Assembly: GCA_040388415.1 (NCBI GenBank) | Contig: JAZKBV010000002.1 | Location: 1-61,382 of the forward strand | Reading direction: 5' to 3' | DNA length: 61,382 nucleotides | Source: Patescibacteria group bacterium | GTDB taxonomy: Bacteria; Patescibacteriota; Minisyncoccia; Phycocordibacterales; PALSA-1337 | In this document: positions 1 to 9,265 of the stretch, piece by piece | How the letters are laid out: each line of letters starts with the position of its first letter | Numbering within the stretch: position 1 is the stretch's first letter | Made by a program: the position numbers and the translations under genes | Notes under the pieces: generated by a model | Databases searched by the model: none | Told to the model about the DNA's origin: nothing | Seen by the model: only the letters and a program-made list of their open reading frames with translations

Positions 1-582
<582 letters not shown>

Positions 583-798
583 AAATCTAAGAACCGCTAC
601 TTATCACTTACACTAGATTTTTCTTACTCAGAAAAATCATATATTGCTTGCATTACTTTGAGGTATGAGATTGTAAAACAACATTCATTCTGAAAATAAA
701 AAACCGCTTTTGAGGCAGTTGAGCTACACTCCATTGCTGGGGTATGGCTATGGCCGCTGTAAATTGAGGTTTTTTATATTCATTCGGTCGTGAGAAAC

Positions 799-826
799 AG
801 TATATACGAAGGCAAAATAAAGTCAA
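799..826 (-). promoter_or_regulatory. candidate sigma70-type promoter upstream of 23S rRNA
   Basis: On the minus strand: TTGACT (821-826), 16 nt spacer, TATACT (799-804), about 215 nt upstream of the inferred 23S 5' end. Confidence 0.4.
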
Positions 827-944
827 TAGTCAGGGGCTATATTCCCTTTTGGGGATAACATGTGGAGAGAATTCGGTGCGATTTTCCAGAGAAATCGTTC
901 TATATATTCGAGGAACATTTGCAGGAAATTTTTAGCAAAAAATT

Positions 945-979
945 TCCGAAACCGAGAAAGCCACTCTGCAGAGTGGCTT
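945..979 (-). terminator. hairpin terminator after membrane-protein gene 1012..1701
   Basis: AAGCCACTC-tgca-GAGTGGCTT stem-loop (958-979), followed on the minus strand by a moderately U-rich tract. Confidence 0.5.
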
Positions 980-1011
980 TCGTTTCCGAGAATATTATAG
1001 AACGATTTTGA

Positions 1012-1701
1012 CTATTCCTTCTCAAGAACTGTGTGAGCTGTCTTCTCAATAAGACGGGCTGCGACATCCTTGCCACCAAGACCAAAAGCGAGACCGAGGG
1101 CGAGAGCGGCACCAGCGAAGATCGCAGTGAGAATCATCTGGATCAAACCAGGCGCGATGCCGAGTGTGATGAGCGCAGTGAGTGCAGCAAAAATCCAGAT
1201 AGACCACTTGGTCACACGACCGAGAAGTTCAGCAGACTTGACCTGACCAGCCTTTGCACTTGCAACAACGATCTTTTGAAGTACACCGGCGACGACAACT
1301 GCAACCATAAGGATAAGAACAGCAACGATAACTTGTGGGATATAGTTGACGACTTGTCCGAGGAATGAGTTGACCTGATCGAGACCGAGGATACCAAATG
1401 ATGCCATCAAGAAGACGATGATGACAAACCACTTGACGAGAGCACCGACAAAAAGACCTGAATTCAAATTATATCCAGAACGCTTGACGACATCTTCGAG
1501 ACCAGCACTCTTGAGAGCTGCATCAACCTTGAGAGCTTTGAAGAGGCCTTCGACAACTTTCTCAATGAGAGCGGCGAGGACCCAACCGATAGCAAAGATA
1601 ATAAGAGCAACGACAAGCATAGGTACGAAACTGACGACACCGTACCACACACCCTGGAGCGAATGAGTAAAGACATCACCCCAACTTTGTATAAACATCA
1701 T
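1012..1701 (-). CDS. multi-pass membrane protein with conserved-TM-helix repeats (MscS-N-terminal-like)
   Basis: 229 aa with about 5 hydrophobic helices and repeated motifs (GxVxxxLxxAL / LGxGGKDVA) reminiscent of the TM_helix repeat family. The overlapping antisense ORFs are shadows. Confidence 0.7.
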   Translation of the reverse strand: MMFIQSWGDVFTHSLQGVWYGVVSFVPMLVVALIIFAIGWVLAALIEKVVEGLFKALKVDAALKSAGLEDVVKRSGYNLNSGLFVGALVKWFVIIVFLMASFGILGLDQVNSFLGQVVNYIPQVIVAVLILMVAVVVAGVLQKIVVASAKAGQVKSAELLGRVTKWSIWIFAALTALITLGIAPGLIQMILTAIFAGAALALGLAFGLGGKDVAARLIEKTAHTVLEKE

Positions 1702-1750
1702 ATGATTATGACTTAATTAATTACTAATACGTTTCTTTGTAATGCATCTA

Positions 1751-2323
1751 TTATACCACCCCGAGACGATCTAAAAGGGTTACATGGGGATAATCGAGGA
1801 TGTCACGGACGAGTCTATCGTGAATGCCGATACGATATTGGAAATCTTGAGTCTCAAAGGCAGAATACGCTATCTCCTTCCCTATCTCTGCTTCAATGGT
1901 TTTTATGGTCGCCTCTATCTTTACTATGTTGAGATCATCACCGACAATGAGAAGATCCACACGTGAATCCCAGTTCTGTATAAATACACCAGCGGCTATA
2001 ATGAGTTTGATTCTGCCTGCGCCACCAAAACGCTTGGTGAGTGATTCGTCTGCCTGGATACTTGCAACTGTGAGAAGATTTTTGAGCGGGTCGAGATAAG
2101 GAAACTTTTCATTGAGCACATAAGTCGTGCCTTTGGCGCCACTACGCTTGCGCACTATATCTGCCTTCACAAGAATATTCAGGTCACGAAGAATCATGGG
2201 CGCCTTACATGCCGTGCGAACTGAGAGATCTTTTGCAGAAAAAGCGATGCCTGTATTGAAGAGGAATACACGAAGGATTTTTATCTTTGCGGCGCTGCCG
2301 AAGAGGGCGATGAGAGTTTCCAT
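1751..2323 (-). CDS. winged-helix DNA-binding protein with C-terminal nucleotidyltransferase-like domain (hypothetical regulator)
   Basis: 190 aa. N-terminal wHTH-like region (KILRVFLFN...AKDLSVRT...ILRDLNILVKADIV). No specific family recognised. Confidence 0.6.
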   Translation of the reverse strand: METLIALFGSAAKIKILRVFLFNTGIAFSAKDLSVRTACKAPMILRDLNILVKADIVRKRSGAKGTTYVLNEKFPYLDPLKNLLTVASIQADESLTKRFGGAGRIKLIIAAGVFIQNWDSRVDLLIVGDDLNIVKIEATIKTIEAEIGKEIAYSAFETQDFQYRIGIHDRLVRDILDYPHVTLLDRLGVV

Positions 2324-2367
2324 GGTGGTATATAATCTATATTACGTAAGTAGGCTGTATTCTAGCA

Positions 2368-2402
2368 TAAAAAAGAGCCTCCGCTAGGAGGCTCCTTTTT
2401 AT
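2368..2402. terminator. bidirectional intrinsic terminator (downstream of rplL)
   Basis: GAGCCTCC-gcta-GGAGGCTC stem flanked by A-run and T-run (aaaaaagagcctccgctaggaggctccttttt). Confidence 0.8.
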
Positions 2403-2419
2403 CAGTGAAAAACGAGAGA

Positions 2420-2806
2420 CTATTTCAATTCAACCTTTCCACCAGCTGTTTCGATCTGCTTCTTCAAAGCTTCAGCATCTTCTTTCTTAACGCCATCCTT
2501 GATGAGAGCAGGAGCACTGTCAACGAGATCCTTTGCTTCCTTCAAACCGAGGCCGAGGACTTCTTTGACAACCTTGATAACAGCGATCTTCTGATCACCA
2601 GCGGCTGCAAGGTGAACAGCGAATGTACTCTTCTCATCTGCAGCAGCACCAGCGGCAGCAGGAGCAGCGACTGCAACAGCAGCAGCTGATACACCGAACT
2701 TCTTTTCGAGTAATTTGACGAGCTCGTTCAAGTCGAGAACTGACATTGTCTCAATACTCTCAACGAGAGCCTTGAACTTTGATGGGATTTCTACAGGAGT
2801 TTCCAT
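2420..2806 (-). CDS. rplL: 50S ribosomal protein L7/L12
   Basis: 128 aa with an Ala-rich hinge ([16 protein letters not shown]) and a C-terminal domain [23 protein letters not shown]...GGKVELK. Confidence 0.97.
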   Translation of the reverse strand: METPVEIPSKFKALVESIETMSVLDLNELVKLLEKKFGVSAAAVAVAAPAAAGAAADEKSTFAVHLAAAGDQKIAVIKVVKEVLGLGLKEAKDLVDSAPALIKDGVKKEDAEALKKQIETAGGKVELK

Positions 2807-2857
2807 AATAGTAAATTTAAAATTGTAATTAGTAATTAGTAAACCGTAAACAGAAAG

Positions 2858-3349
2858 TTAGGCGGTTTTCGTTTTTCCGATCTCGCTCAATGCCATGACA
2901 AATCCTTGGATAGGAGAATTGATGACGTTGACGAACATACCACGAAGAGTATTGAGAGGTGGGATAGCAGCAATAGCAACCATCTCTTCCTTGCCCATAT
3001 ACTTTGATTCGAAGACTCCGCCCTGGATAGCGACTTGGCCTTTGAATTTCTTTTCAAACTCGTAGACACCGCGAGCTGGAGCGACGAGGTCGGTGCTATA
3101 TGCGAGTCCGAACTCCCCTACCAATGTTGGCATAGTGCCTGCGTATTTCTGAGCATCGAGAGCGTGTCCGGTCAATGTCTTTTTTGCAACAAAGAATCCG
3201 ACGCCTTCTTTCTTGAGAGCGCGACGCATCGTTGTTGAATCAGAGACTTTGAGGCCATGAACGTTAACGAAGACGAGGGACTTTGCGCCCTTCATGATCG
3301 TCTCGAGCTTTTCAATGATCTCTTTCTTTTGTGCTTTTGTACGAGCCAT
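2858..3349 (-). CDS. rplJ: 50S ribosomal protein L10
   Basis: 163 aa starting MARTKAQKKEIIEKLE..., located immediately upstream of rplL. Confidence 0.95.
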   Translation of the reverse strand: MARTKAQKKEIIEKLETIMKGAKSLVFVNVHGLKVSDSTTMRRALKKEGVGFFVAKKTLTGHALDAQKYAGTMPTLVGEFGLAYSTDLVAPARGVYEFEKKFKGQVAIQGGVFESKYMGKEEMVAIAAIPPLNTLRGMFVNVINSPIQGFVMALSEIGKTKTA

Positions 3350-3617
3350 TTTTGTATGAGCACATAAATGTGCTTGTTAATTAACTAATCGACCTCGGCC
3401 TGACCATGAGGAAATATAATAGGTTAACCTCGGAAAGTCTTACAGGTTCACCTTGGTGAACGCATGCCTTCTGTCTTAAGCCTTGTCAGCCAAGATATCA
3501 CAACTTTTGGATATAATCAACTAAGATCAAGATCTTGTGTCATTTTGAATGTGATTTTTCCTCGTAATTTACCATCAAGAGTTTTTGACTCGATTGTCGA
3601 CATTGCCGCATAAAGGT

Positions 3618-3887
3618 CTAACAGAGGAGAATAATACTGCGTTTAACTGATTTACCACCTTCTTTTTGAACCTGCAAGGATTCCTTGCGGGTTGCCTTTT
3701 CTAATAATTCTCCATCGTTATAGATATTTTTTAGATGGAGGTTTACATTTTGATGGGTAGTATCAAACAATTCCGCAATCCTGGCTTCTGGCGCCCAGAT
3801 TGTATCTTCATTAATATCAACATGTAATTCAACATCTCCTTTTTCACTCTGATAAATCACAATCCTATTTTTATTATTTTCTTGCAT
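3618..3887 (-). pseudogene. truncated RhuM-family (virulence/Fic-associated) N-terminal fragment
   Basis: 89 aa. IVIYQSEKGDVELHVDINEDTIWAPEARIAELFDTTHQNVNLHLKNIYNDGEL...LQVQKEGGKSVKR matches the N-terminus of the ~330-aa RhuM family. The ORF stops after ~85 residues and no C-terminal part follows. Confidence 0.6.
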
Positions 3888-3897
3888 AATTTTTTAA

Positions 3898-6498
3898 TTA
3901 ATTCGCACTCAAATGACTCAAAAACTCATTTATCATATTCACTATAGTCATACGATCATCGTCAGACATTCCCTTGATAGAGCTATGGGCATAATGAGTT
4001 GAGAAACGACTGGCGGTATCATGCAATCGGGAAATTTTTCCTGCACGTGCTAGGTTTTCGAGCTGATCAATCTTGCGGAGCGTCGCAACGAAGACGTCCT
4101 TCCCTTTTGTGTCAGCTGTAGAGGATGACAAAGTTTGGACAACTTTCTTCATTGATTCGAGAAATACGACTGGATCAGTGGGCGTATTTGCCTTAGCTAG
4201 GAATTCAGAGGTACCATCGCCATCAACGTCAACCGAGAGAACAGGTGCTGATGTAAGCAGGCTCGAACTTGCGGTACTGCCGAGAGGCGCTATATCCAAT
4301 ACTACTGTTGCGGTCGTAAGCGGTGTCGTTGGCACATCGGTATATGAAACTTGCTCTATCGTGCCGTTACTTCCCTGTCGATATATATCGAAATTAAATG
4401 GCCCAACGCCAGCGCCTTTGATAGCAATAGTGTATGGTCCAGATCCATCATCAGGAATCATGATCGAAGTGTCACGCCCGCTGTCAGACTCATCGCTGAT
4501 GTCAAAACTACTACCAGGTATATCATTATCAAAAAATGTATACAGGTCTTCTTCAACATCCACAGGTATGCCCGCTGGTTTTGGTATGAGTCCTACATGA
4601 TTGCCATTTTTATCATACACGTGTAGTTCGACGGGTGAATGAGTCATCAACTGAAGTACAGTTGTCTCCTTTGAATAATCCGGTGCACTGACAGTAACGC
4701 CAGGAATTGATTTGATTGCGTCACCGTCATTTTTAATAATATTGTCGATAGTCTTTTGTGTTGCCGGTGACTCAAGGATCGTGGCATGATCAGCACCTTT
4801 CAATCCTGCATTTTTGAGATCAATAGATGTAGTCGTACCAGCGTCATACGAGGCGCTCTTTGCGACAACAGTTCCGTCTCCCATATTTGAAATAATCTTT
4901 GCTGGTTTGTTATCCACAAATGAAATTGATTTTGCCGTTAGCGCATTCCATCCTACGATAGCCCATCGCTTTATCATCGCGGGCCAAGTGAATGAATCAA
5001 GCAAAGTATGCAATGTACCAGCAGCTGCGAGTAAAGACTGATTTGGATACATCACTGATGATGATCCAATGACGGGATAACCCACTACTTCATCGTATTT
5101 TTTTGAGGGCAACAATGAATATGCACTTGGCATGTTAGTGCCTAACTCCTGCGCAACACTTTTTTTTACTATTAGGCCATGCAGCATGTCTTGTTTATCT
5201 CCATACAAAAGTCCCGCAATAGCTTGTGGCGTACCGAGGTATGGAACTGCCACTGATATCATTGAGTCGATGAGATTTGCTTCTCCTTTATCTGCGAGTG
5301 CCTTCACGAGATATTTTGAAACCAAACCGCCATTTGAATGTGCAACAAGAGTCACTTTTCCCGTTTGTGAACGTGACGACATATCTTCAACAAGCCTGAT
5401 GAGTGACTCAGTTGTCGTCGCTTTTTGTTCAGCGCCATTCACAATCTCAACTATCGGCTTGCGCCAATCATAGCCAAAGCCATGCCATTCATTGATAGTG
5501 TCTGCGCGTATGAGGCCATCAAGGAATGACATAAACTTTCCATATATACTGTATATACCGAAAACTGATCCGATAGGACCGCCCGTAAATATAGATGTGT
5601 CAATACTTTTACCGACAGTGTTCAAAAACAATTTGCGTACATCATCATTTCTATTTGGTGGCCACAGGGTGTTCGTACGAGTGCCGAGCAATGACGTATC
5701 AGTCTTATGCAATGAACTAGCTTCGAGACCAGGGATAAATAGAACACTTGAACAGCACGCTACCAAATCGTTACTTGGTTTAGAAGTAAGCCATGGTAAA
5801 TATGTAACTGTGCCAGAGAACATCGAGGCGCTCGGACCATCTATACTTCCCCACCAATTGTTTTGTGCATTCACTGGTATGTCACCTTTATTGCTGATGT
5901 CATATGTACGATTATTGGCAATCGATGAGTGATCAATAGTTAACGATGAATGCAGTCCATCAAAATCAGCGAATGCAACCGCTCCTGTTACACTATTTTC
6001 AATCGTACTTGCACGCACTTGAATGACTCCATCCCACAACAAAAGTGCAGGACCATCTTTATTTGTTAGCGTAGATGATGAAATCGTCACGCTTCCCTTG
6101 AGCGCATATATGCGTGAACTAGATATATCTGCATACTCAATCGTACTTGATGCACCAATGATATTTATGTCGCCGACTTTTTCGTGTACGACGACATGCG
6201 CATCAGATGTGCCGACGATAGCTAAATACCCACCGTCTTCAATATTGATACCTGGCTCGATGGTAGCTTTTGGATCAATATCTATCACTACACCTGCATC
6301 AATCGTCAGCCGACTACCTGCTCGCACAAATATATCCTGTGTCAGCAGATAGGGACTTTTGTCGAGCGTCCATCGTATGTCACCTGATAATACCCCTCCG
6401 ACGCTCGTACCAACTGGTGGAGCTGCTTGTGTATAGGTAACCGTACCAAACAACATACCAACCGCGAATAATAGGCTATATAGATATATTTTCTTCAT
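3898..6498 (-). CDS. secreted right-handed beta-helix protein fused to an LCAT/PGAP1-like alpha/beta-hydrolase lipase domain
   Basis: Start set at MKKIYLYSLLFAVGMLFGTVTYTQA (signal peptide, ATG 6498). Beta-helix repeats end in NNWWGS. The lipase part has FGYDWRKP (LCAT-family motif) and VTLVAHSNGG (nucleophile elbow, Ser codon 5335-5337). The C-terminal region is beta-rich. Confidence 0.8.
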   Translation of the reverse strand: MKKIYLYSLLFAVGMLFGTVTYTQAAPPVGTSVGGVLSGDIRWTLDKSPYLLTQDIFVRAGSRLTIDAGVVIDIDPKATIEPGINIEDGGYLAIVGTSDAHVVVHEKVGDINIIGASSTIEYADISSSRIYALKGSVTISSSTLTNKDGPALLLWDGVIQVRASTIENSVTGAVAFADFDGLHSSLTIDHSSIANNRTYDISNKGDIPVNAQNNWWGSIDGPSASMFSGTVTYLPWLTSKPSNDLVACCSSVLFIPGLEASSLHKTDTSLLGTRTNTLWPPNRNDDVRKLFLNTVGKSIDTSIFTGGPIGSVFGIYSIYGKFMSFLDGLIRADTINEWHGFGYDWRKPIVEIVNGAEQKATTTESLIRLVEDMSSRSQTGKVTLVAHSNGGLVSKYLVKALADKGEANLIDSMISVAVPYLGTPQAIAGLLYGDKQDMLHGLIVKKSVAQELGTNMPSAYSLLPSKKYDEVVGYPVIGSSSVMYPNQSLLAAAGTLHTLLDSFTWPAMIKRWAIVGWNALTAKSISFVDNKPAKIISNMGDGTVVAKSASYDAGTTTSIDLKNAGLKGADHATILESPATQKTIDNIIKNDGDAIKSIPGVTVSAPDYSKETTVLQLMTHSPVELHVYDKNGNHVGLIPKPAGIPVDVEEDLYTFFDNDIPGSSFDISDESDSGRDTSIMIPDDGSGPYTIAIKGAGVGPFNFDIYRQGSNGTIEQVSYTDVPTTPLTTATVVLDIAPLGSTASSSLLTSAPVLSVDVDGDGTSEFLAKANTPTDPVVFLESMKKVVQTLSSSTADTKGKDVFVATLRKIDQLENLARAGKISRLHDTASRFSTHYAHSSIKGMSDDDRMTIVNMINEFLSHLSAN

Positions 6499-6580
6499 GG
6501 GAATGTACTTAGCTTGATAATGCATTAAGCGTATCAAACCGAGATAAAATTCCGCTCAAAAAAGTCTCAAGAAGTGATAA

Positions 6581-6616
6581 AAATCCCGCTCTATCTTAGT
6601 AGAGCGGGATTTTTAT
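6581..6616 (-). terminator. intrinsic terminator after 6775..7374 / small ORF
   Basis: ATCCCGCTCT-atcttagt-AGAGCGGGAT stem flanked by A/T runs. Confidence 0.75.
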
Positions 6617-6625
6617 GTAGTGAAC

Positions 6626-6766
6626 CTAACGAAACAACAGCGCTGCCTGCGTATCCAGCGATGTTCCCCATTGGCCCACGGCGTAGAGAATGAAGAAGCT
6701 CAAAGCAAGGATACAGACAAATCCAAAGAAGAAGCGGAAAAAACTTTTATCGAACGGATTAACCAT
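6626..6766 (-). CDS. possible small membrane protein (46 aa)
   Basis: Hand translation MVNPFDKSFFRFFFGFVCILALSFFILYAVGQWGTSLDTQAALLFR has one hydrophobic helix. It sits between the upstream gene and the terminator and is below the ORF-track cutoff. Confidence 0.3.
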   Translation of the reverse strand: MVNPFDKSFFRFFFGFVCILALSFFILYAVGQWGTSLDTQAALLFR

Positions 6767-6774
6767 GAAGCGGA

Positions 6775-7374
6775 TTATTGAGCTATATATGAAGCAACCA
6801 AAGCATCAAACTGTGCCTTACCTATCGTTGCGCCAGTGACTTTGTTTGTACACTTCCAGTTAGCGTCTCCGTACAATGTTCCTGTTGGATCGACACATTC
6901 AGCGACAGGAGTGTTTTTGTTAACATTACGGAAGTAAATATACCCCGTAGTGGTCGTTGCATATGCAGCTATTTGCGTGCCTGTTATACGTGCATAACAA
7001 GAACCTGTTTTTGGGTTATAGAAACTATTGTAAGCTGATCCTGACAAGCCGCTGTACAATGCTTTGTATTGACTCGCTGAAGCATTGTCGCACACGTTTT
7101 GAGCTGTACCGAGCTGTTTCACATATTCAGTGTAACTTGTGTAGCTTGTATCTGGATTTGTTTTAACTGGTGCAACTGGAGCCGTCTTCGCTGTTGTGAC
7201 CGTAACTTTTGCAGCAGTTGCTGGTTGAGCTGCTGAAGACTGTTGCGCTTGTTCTGATACTGACGATGTTTGAGACGTAGGCTCGCCTCTATTTGCCTGC
7301 CATACGATGACACCGATCAAAATAATAATCACACCGACTATCGCGACCGCGTACTTAAAAGGTATGTTTTTCAT
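6775..7374 (-). CDS. membrane-anchored secreted hypothetical protein (Cys-containing C-terminal domain)
   Basis: 199 aa. N-terminal TM (AVAIVGVIIILIGVIVW), a low-complexity S/Q/A/T linker, then a globular part with 4 Cys. Confidence 0.7.
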   Translation of the reverse strand: MKNIPFKYAVAIVGVIIILIGVIVWQANRGEPTSQTSSVSEQAQQSSAAQPATAAKVTVTTAKTAPVAPVKTNPDTSYTSYTEYVKQLGTAQNVCDNASASQYKALYSGLSGSAYNSFYNPKTGSCYARITGTQIAAYATTTTGYIYFRNVNKNTPVAECVDPTGTLYGDANWKCTNKVTGATIGKAQFDALVASYIAQ

Positions 7375-7435
7375 AATGACTTTATTATAACACCATCCCC
7401 TTTGAGCGGTAACCCCTTAAAAGCATATCCACATA

Positions 7436-7466
7436 AACACAAAAACCGCCTTTCGGCGGTTTTTGT
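7436..7466 (-). terminator. intrinsic terminator after surface protein gene
   Basis: AACCGCC-tttc-GGCGGTT with a U-run on the minus strand. Confidence 0.8.
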
Positions 7467-7513
7467 ACCAACATTGTAACCCGTTGGGAGGAGTTAACTA
7501 AACCTGGGTAGAA

Positions 7514-9265
7514 CTAGTGGAACAAGACTGCCTTGAGACCATTCTGAATATCAGATGAACTCAATGCACCGCCTGTTGCAGCTGTTGTTGTACCGTAAGT
7601 GAGAGCGAGGACCTGTACATTGCCACCTGCTGTACTTGAAGCTGAAGCTTGGTACTGAGCAGTAAAGGTCTTTGTCTGACCTGGAGCTATGTAGAAGTAA
7701 CCTGCAGCATCACCACTGGTGTTGTTATCAGCAAAGTCTTGCTTTGTGATTGTGAAACCAGCTGGAGTTGAAGAGGTAGCAATTGCTGAAAATACGTTTG
7801 TAGGAACGTAGATAGCACTGTCACCTGCTGTCAAGCCGAATGCGAATGTGAATGACTGAACACATGTTGTCAAATCACTAGCACATGTCTTTGAACCATA
7901 AGTGGTTGCAAGACTTGCTACTGCAACACCTGAAACCGTGAAGGTAAGAGGGTTTGAAGTAATAGCACCTGATGTTGAGACTGAAACAGTGTTGTAAGAA
8001 GAATCTTCTGCAGCAATGTTTGTTGTGTTAGCTGTAAGAGATGTTGTAGCTGTACCAGTGACATTCTTTGCAACCTTAGCAACGATTGTTACAGGAACAT
8101 AAGTATCCTTTGTGAGGATAGTGTTGATGTTACTGAATGTAAGCAATCCTGTTGATGCTGCTGGAAGAGTATCAGCTGAGAAACTGTTACCACCGATCTT
8201 TACACGAACGTCACTGAACAATGTACTGATGTTTGTACCATTTGTACCGACAGTAATTTTCAAAGTTCTGAGGTTCGAATCGTTATTCTGTGACTTGAGG
8301 TCATAGATACCGAGAACTACGTTGTCTGTCTCAACAGATGATGAGATTTGAACGAGGTTTGTAGCTGGTGATGAAGCGTCGATTGTAGCAACAAGGTTAT
8401 TGTTGTTAGCACCTGTCCAAGCGATGTTGCGTGGATAGAGACTGTTTGAACCAACGTTGTCTGTTTCTGTGTCTGTTACGCCTGTGCCATCAACTGCACG
8501 AACCTGTGCCTGTGAGATAGCGATTGTCTCTGCTGATGTACGATCTGTAGCTGAGAGAGCTGTGACGTTAACTGTAACGTACTTGATAGCTGACTTAGCG
8601 ACGATGTAACTAGCAGGGAGTGTCAAACGATAACTTGAACCAACTGTGATTTCTGAGAAATCAGCAGATGACAAGTTACTCTTTGAAGCAATAACATTGC
8701 CAGCATCATCTCTAACAGTGAGAGAACCCACGTAGAGCCAGAGACGCTTGTTGAAGTCCATTGAAAGACTTGTAACAGCCATATCTGAAGCAGAAGCCTG
8801 GAGCTTGAAGCGAGCGACATCAACTGACTTACTCTTATCAAGAGTAGGGTTGTTGTATGTTGACTGCAAAGCAAAGACCAATGTTCCTGGGATGCCAGGA
8901 GTTGTGATGCCAGTTGGAGCTGTTGAGCCCTGACCTACTGGAGGAGTGATTGTTCCAACACCTGGGAGAGCTGAACCACCGTTCAACTTAGCCTGTGTGA
9001 GAGGACCAAAGAAACCGTAAGCAGGAAGACCTACTGAAGCCTGGTACTGTGCGAGAGCAGCCTTGGTCTGTGAACCGAAGTAACCCTTTGCAGCTACACC
9101 TGACTCAATAGCAGCGATGTGGAAATTGTTTGTAATCAACCATGTCTGGAGAGCTGTAACATCTGCGCCTGTTGAACCAACGGTGAGGTTAGTTGAGAAA
9201 GCAGCTGATGTGACTGCGGCGAGTGCCAAAACGGCAACGCCAGCAACGAAAATAACTTTTTTCAT
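7514..9265 (-). CDS. cell-surface protein with N-terminal peptidoglycan-binding domain and long Thr/Ser/Ala-rich beta region (S-layer-like candidate)
   Basis: 583 aa with a signal peptide. PG_binding_1-like segment (GSTGADVTALQTWLITNNF...GYFGSQTKAALAQYQASVGLPAYGFFGPLT). The rest is a T/S/A/N/V-rich repetitive beta sequence. Confidence 0.8.
   Translation of the reverse strand: MKKVIFVAGVAVLALAAVTSAAFSTNLTVGSTGADVTALQTWLITNNFHIAAIESGVAAKGYFGSQTKAALAQYQASVGLPAYGFFGPLTQAKLNGGSALPGVGTITPPVGQGSTAPTGITTPGIPGTLVFALQSTYNNPTLDKSKSVDVARFKLQASASDMAVTSLSMDFNKRLWLYVGSLTVRDDAGNVIASKSNLSSADFSEITVGSSYRLTLPASYIVAKSAIKYVTVNVTALSATDRTSAETIAISQAQVRAVDGTGVTDTETDNVGSNSLYPRNIAWTGANNNNLVATIDASSPATNLVQISSSVETDNVVLGIYDLKSQNNDSNLRTLKITVGTNGTNISTLFSDVRVKIGGNSFSADTLPAASTGLLTFSNINTILTKDTYVPVTIVAKVAKNVTGTATTSLTANTTNIAAEDSSYNTVSVSTSGAITSNPLTFTVSGVAVASLATTYGSKTCASDLTTCVQSFTFAFGLTAGDSAIYVPTNVFSAIATSSTPAGFTITKQDFADNNTSGDAAGYFYIAPGQTKTFTAQYQASASSTAGGNVQVLALTYGTTTAATGGALSSSDIQNGLKAVLFH

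Noticed and set aside
721-765. GCGGCCATAGCCATACCCCAGC, which resembles the first ~20 nt of 5S rRNA, upstream of the 23S.
   Set aside because: Similarity ends after ~20 nt. No 120-nt 5S-like fold or closing helix is present, and the position (5' of the 23S) is wrong.
4073-4600. Long antisense ORFs inside large genes. Examples: 4073..4600 and 5492..5932 in the lipase gene, 10774..11310 in ftsK, 13284..13823 in recA, 35138..35419 in glyA, 56361..56963 in typA.
   Set aside because: Each lies fully within a well-supported gene on the other strand. Their compositions are low-complexity (S/R/P-rich), as expected from shadow frames, and none has a start context.
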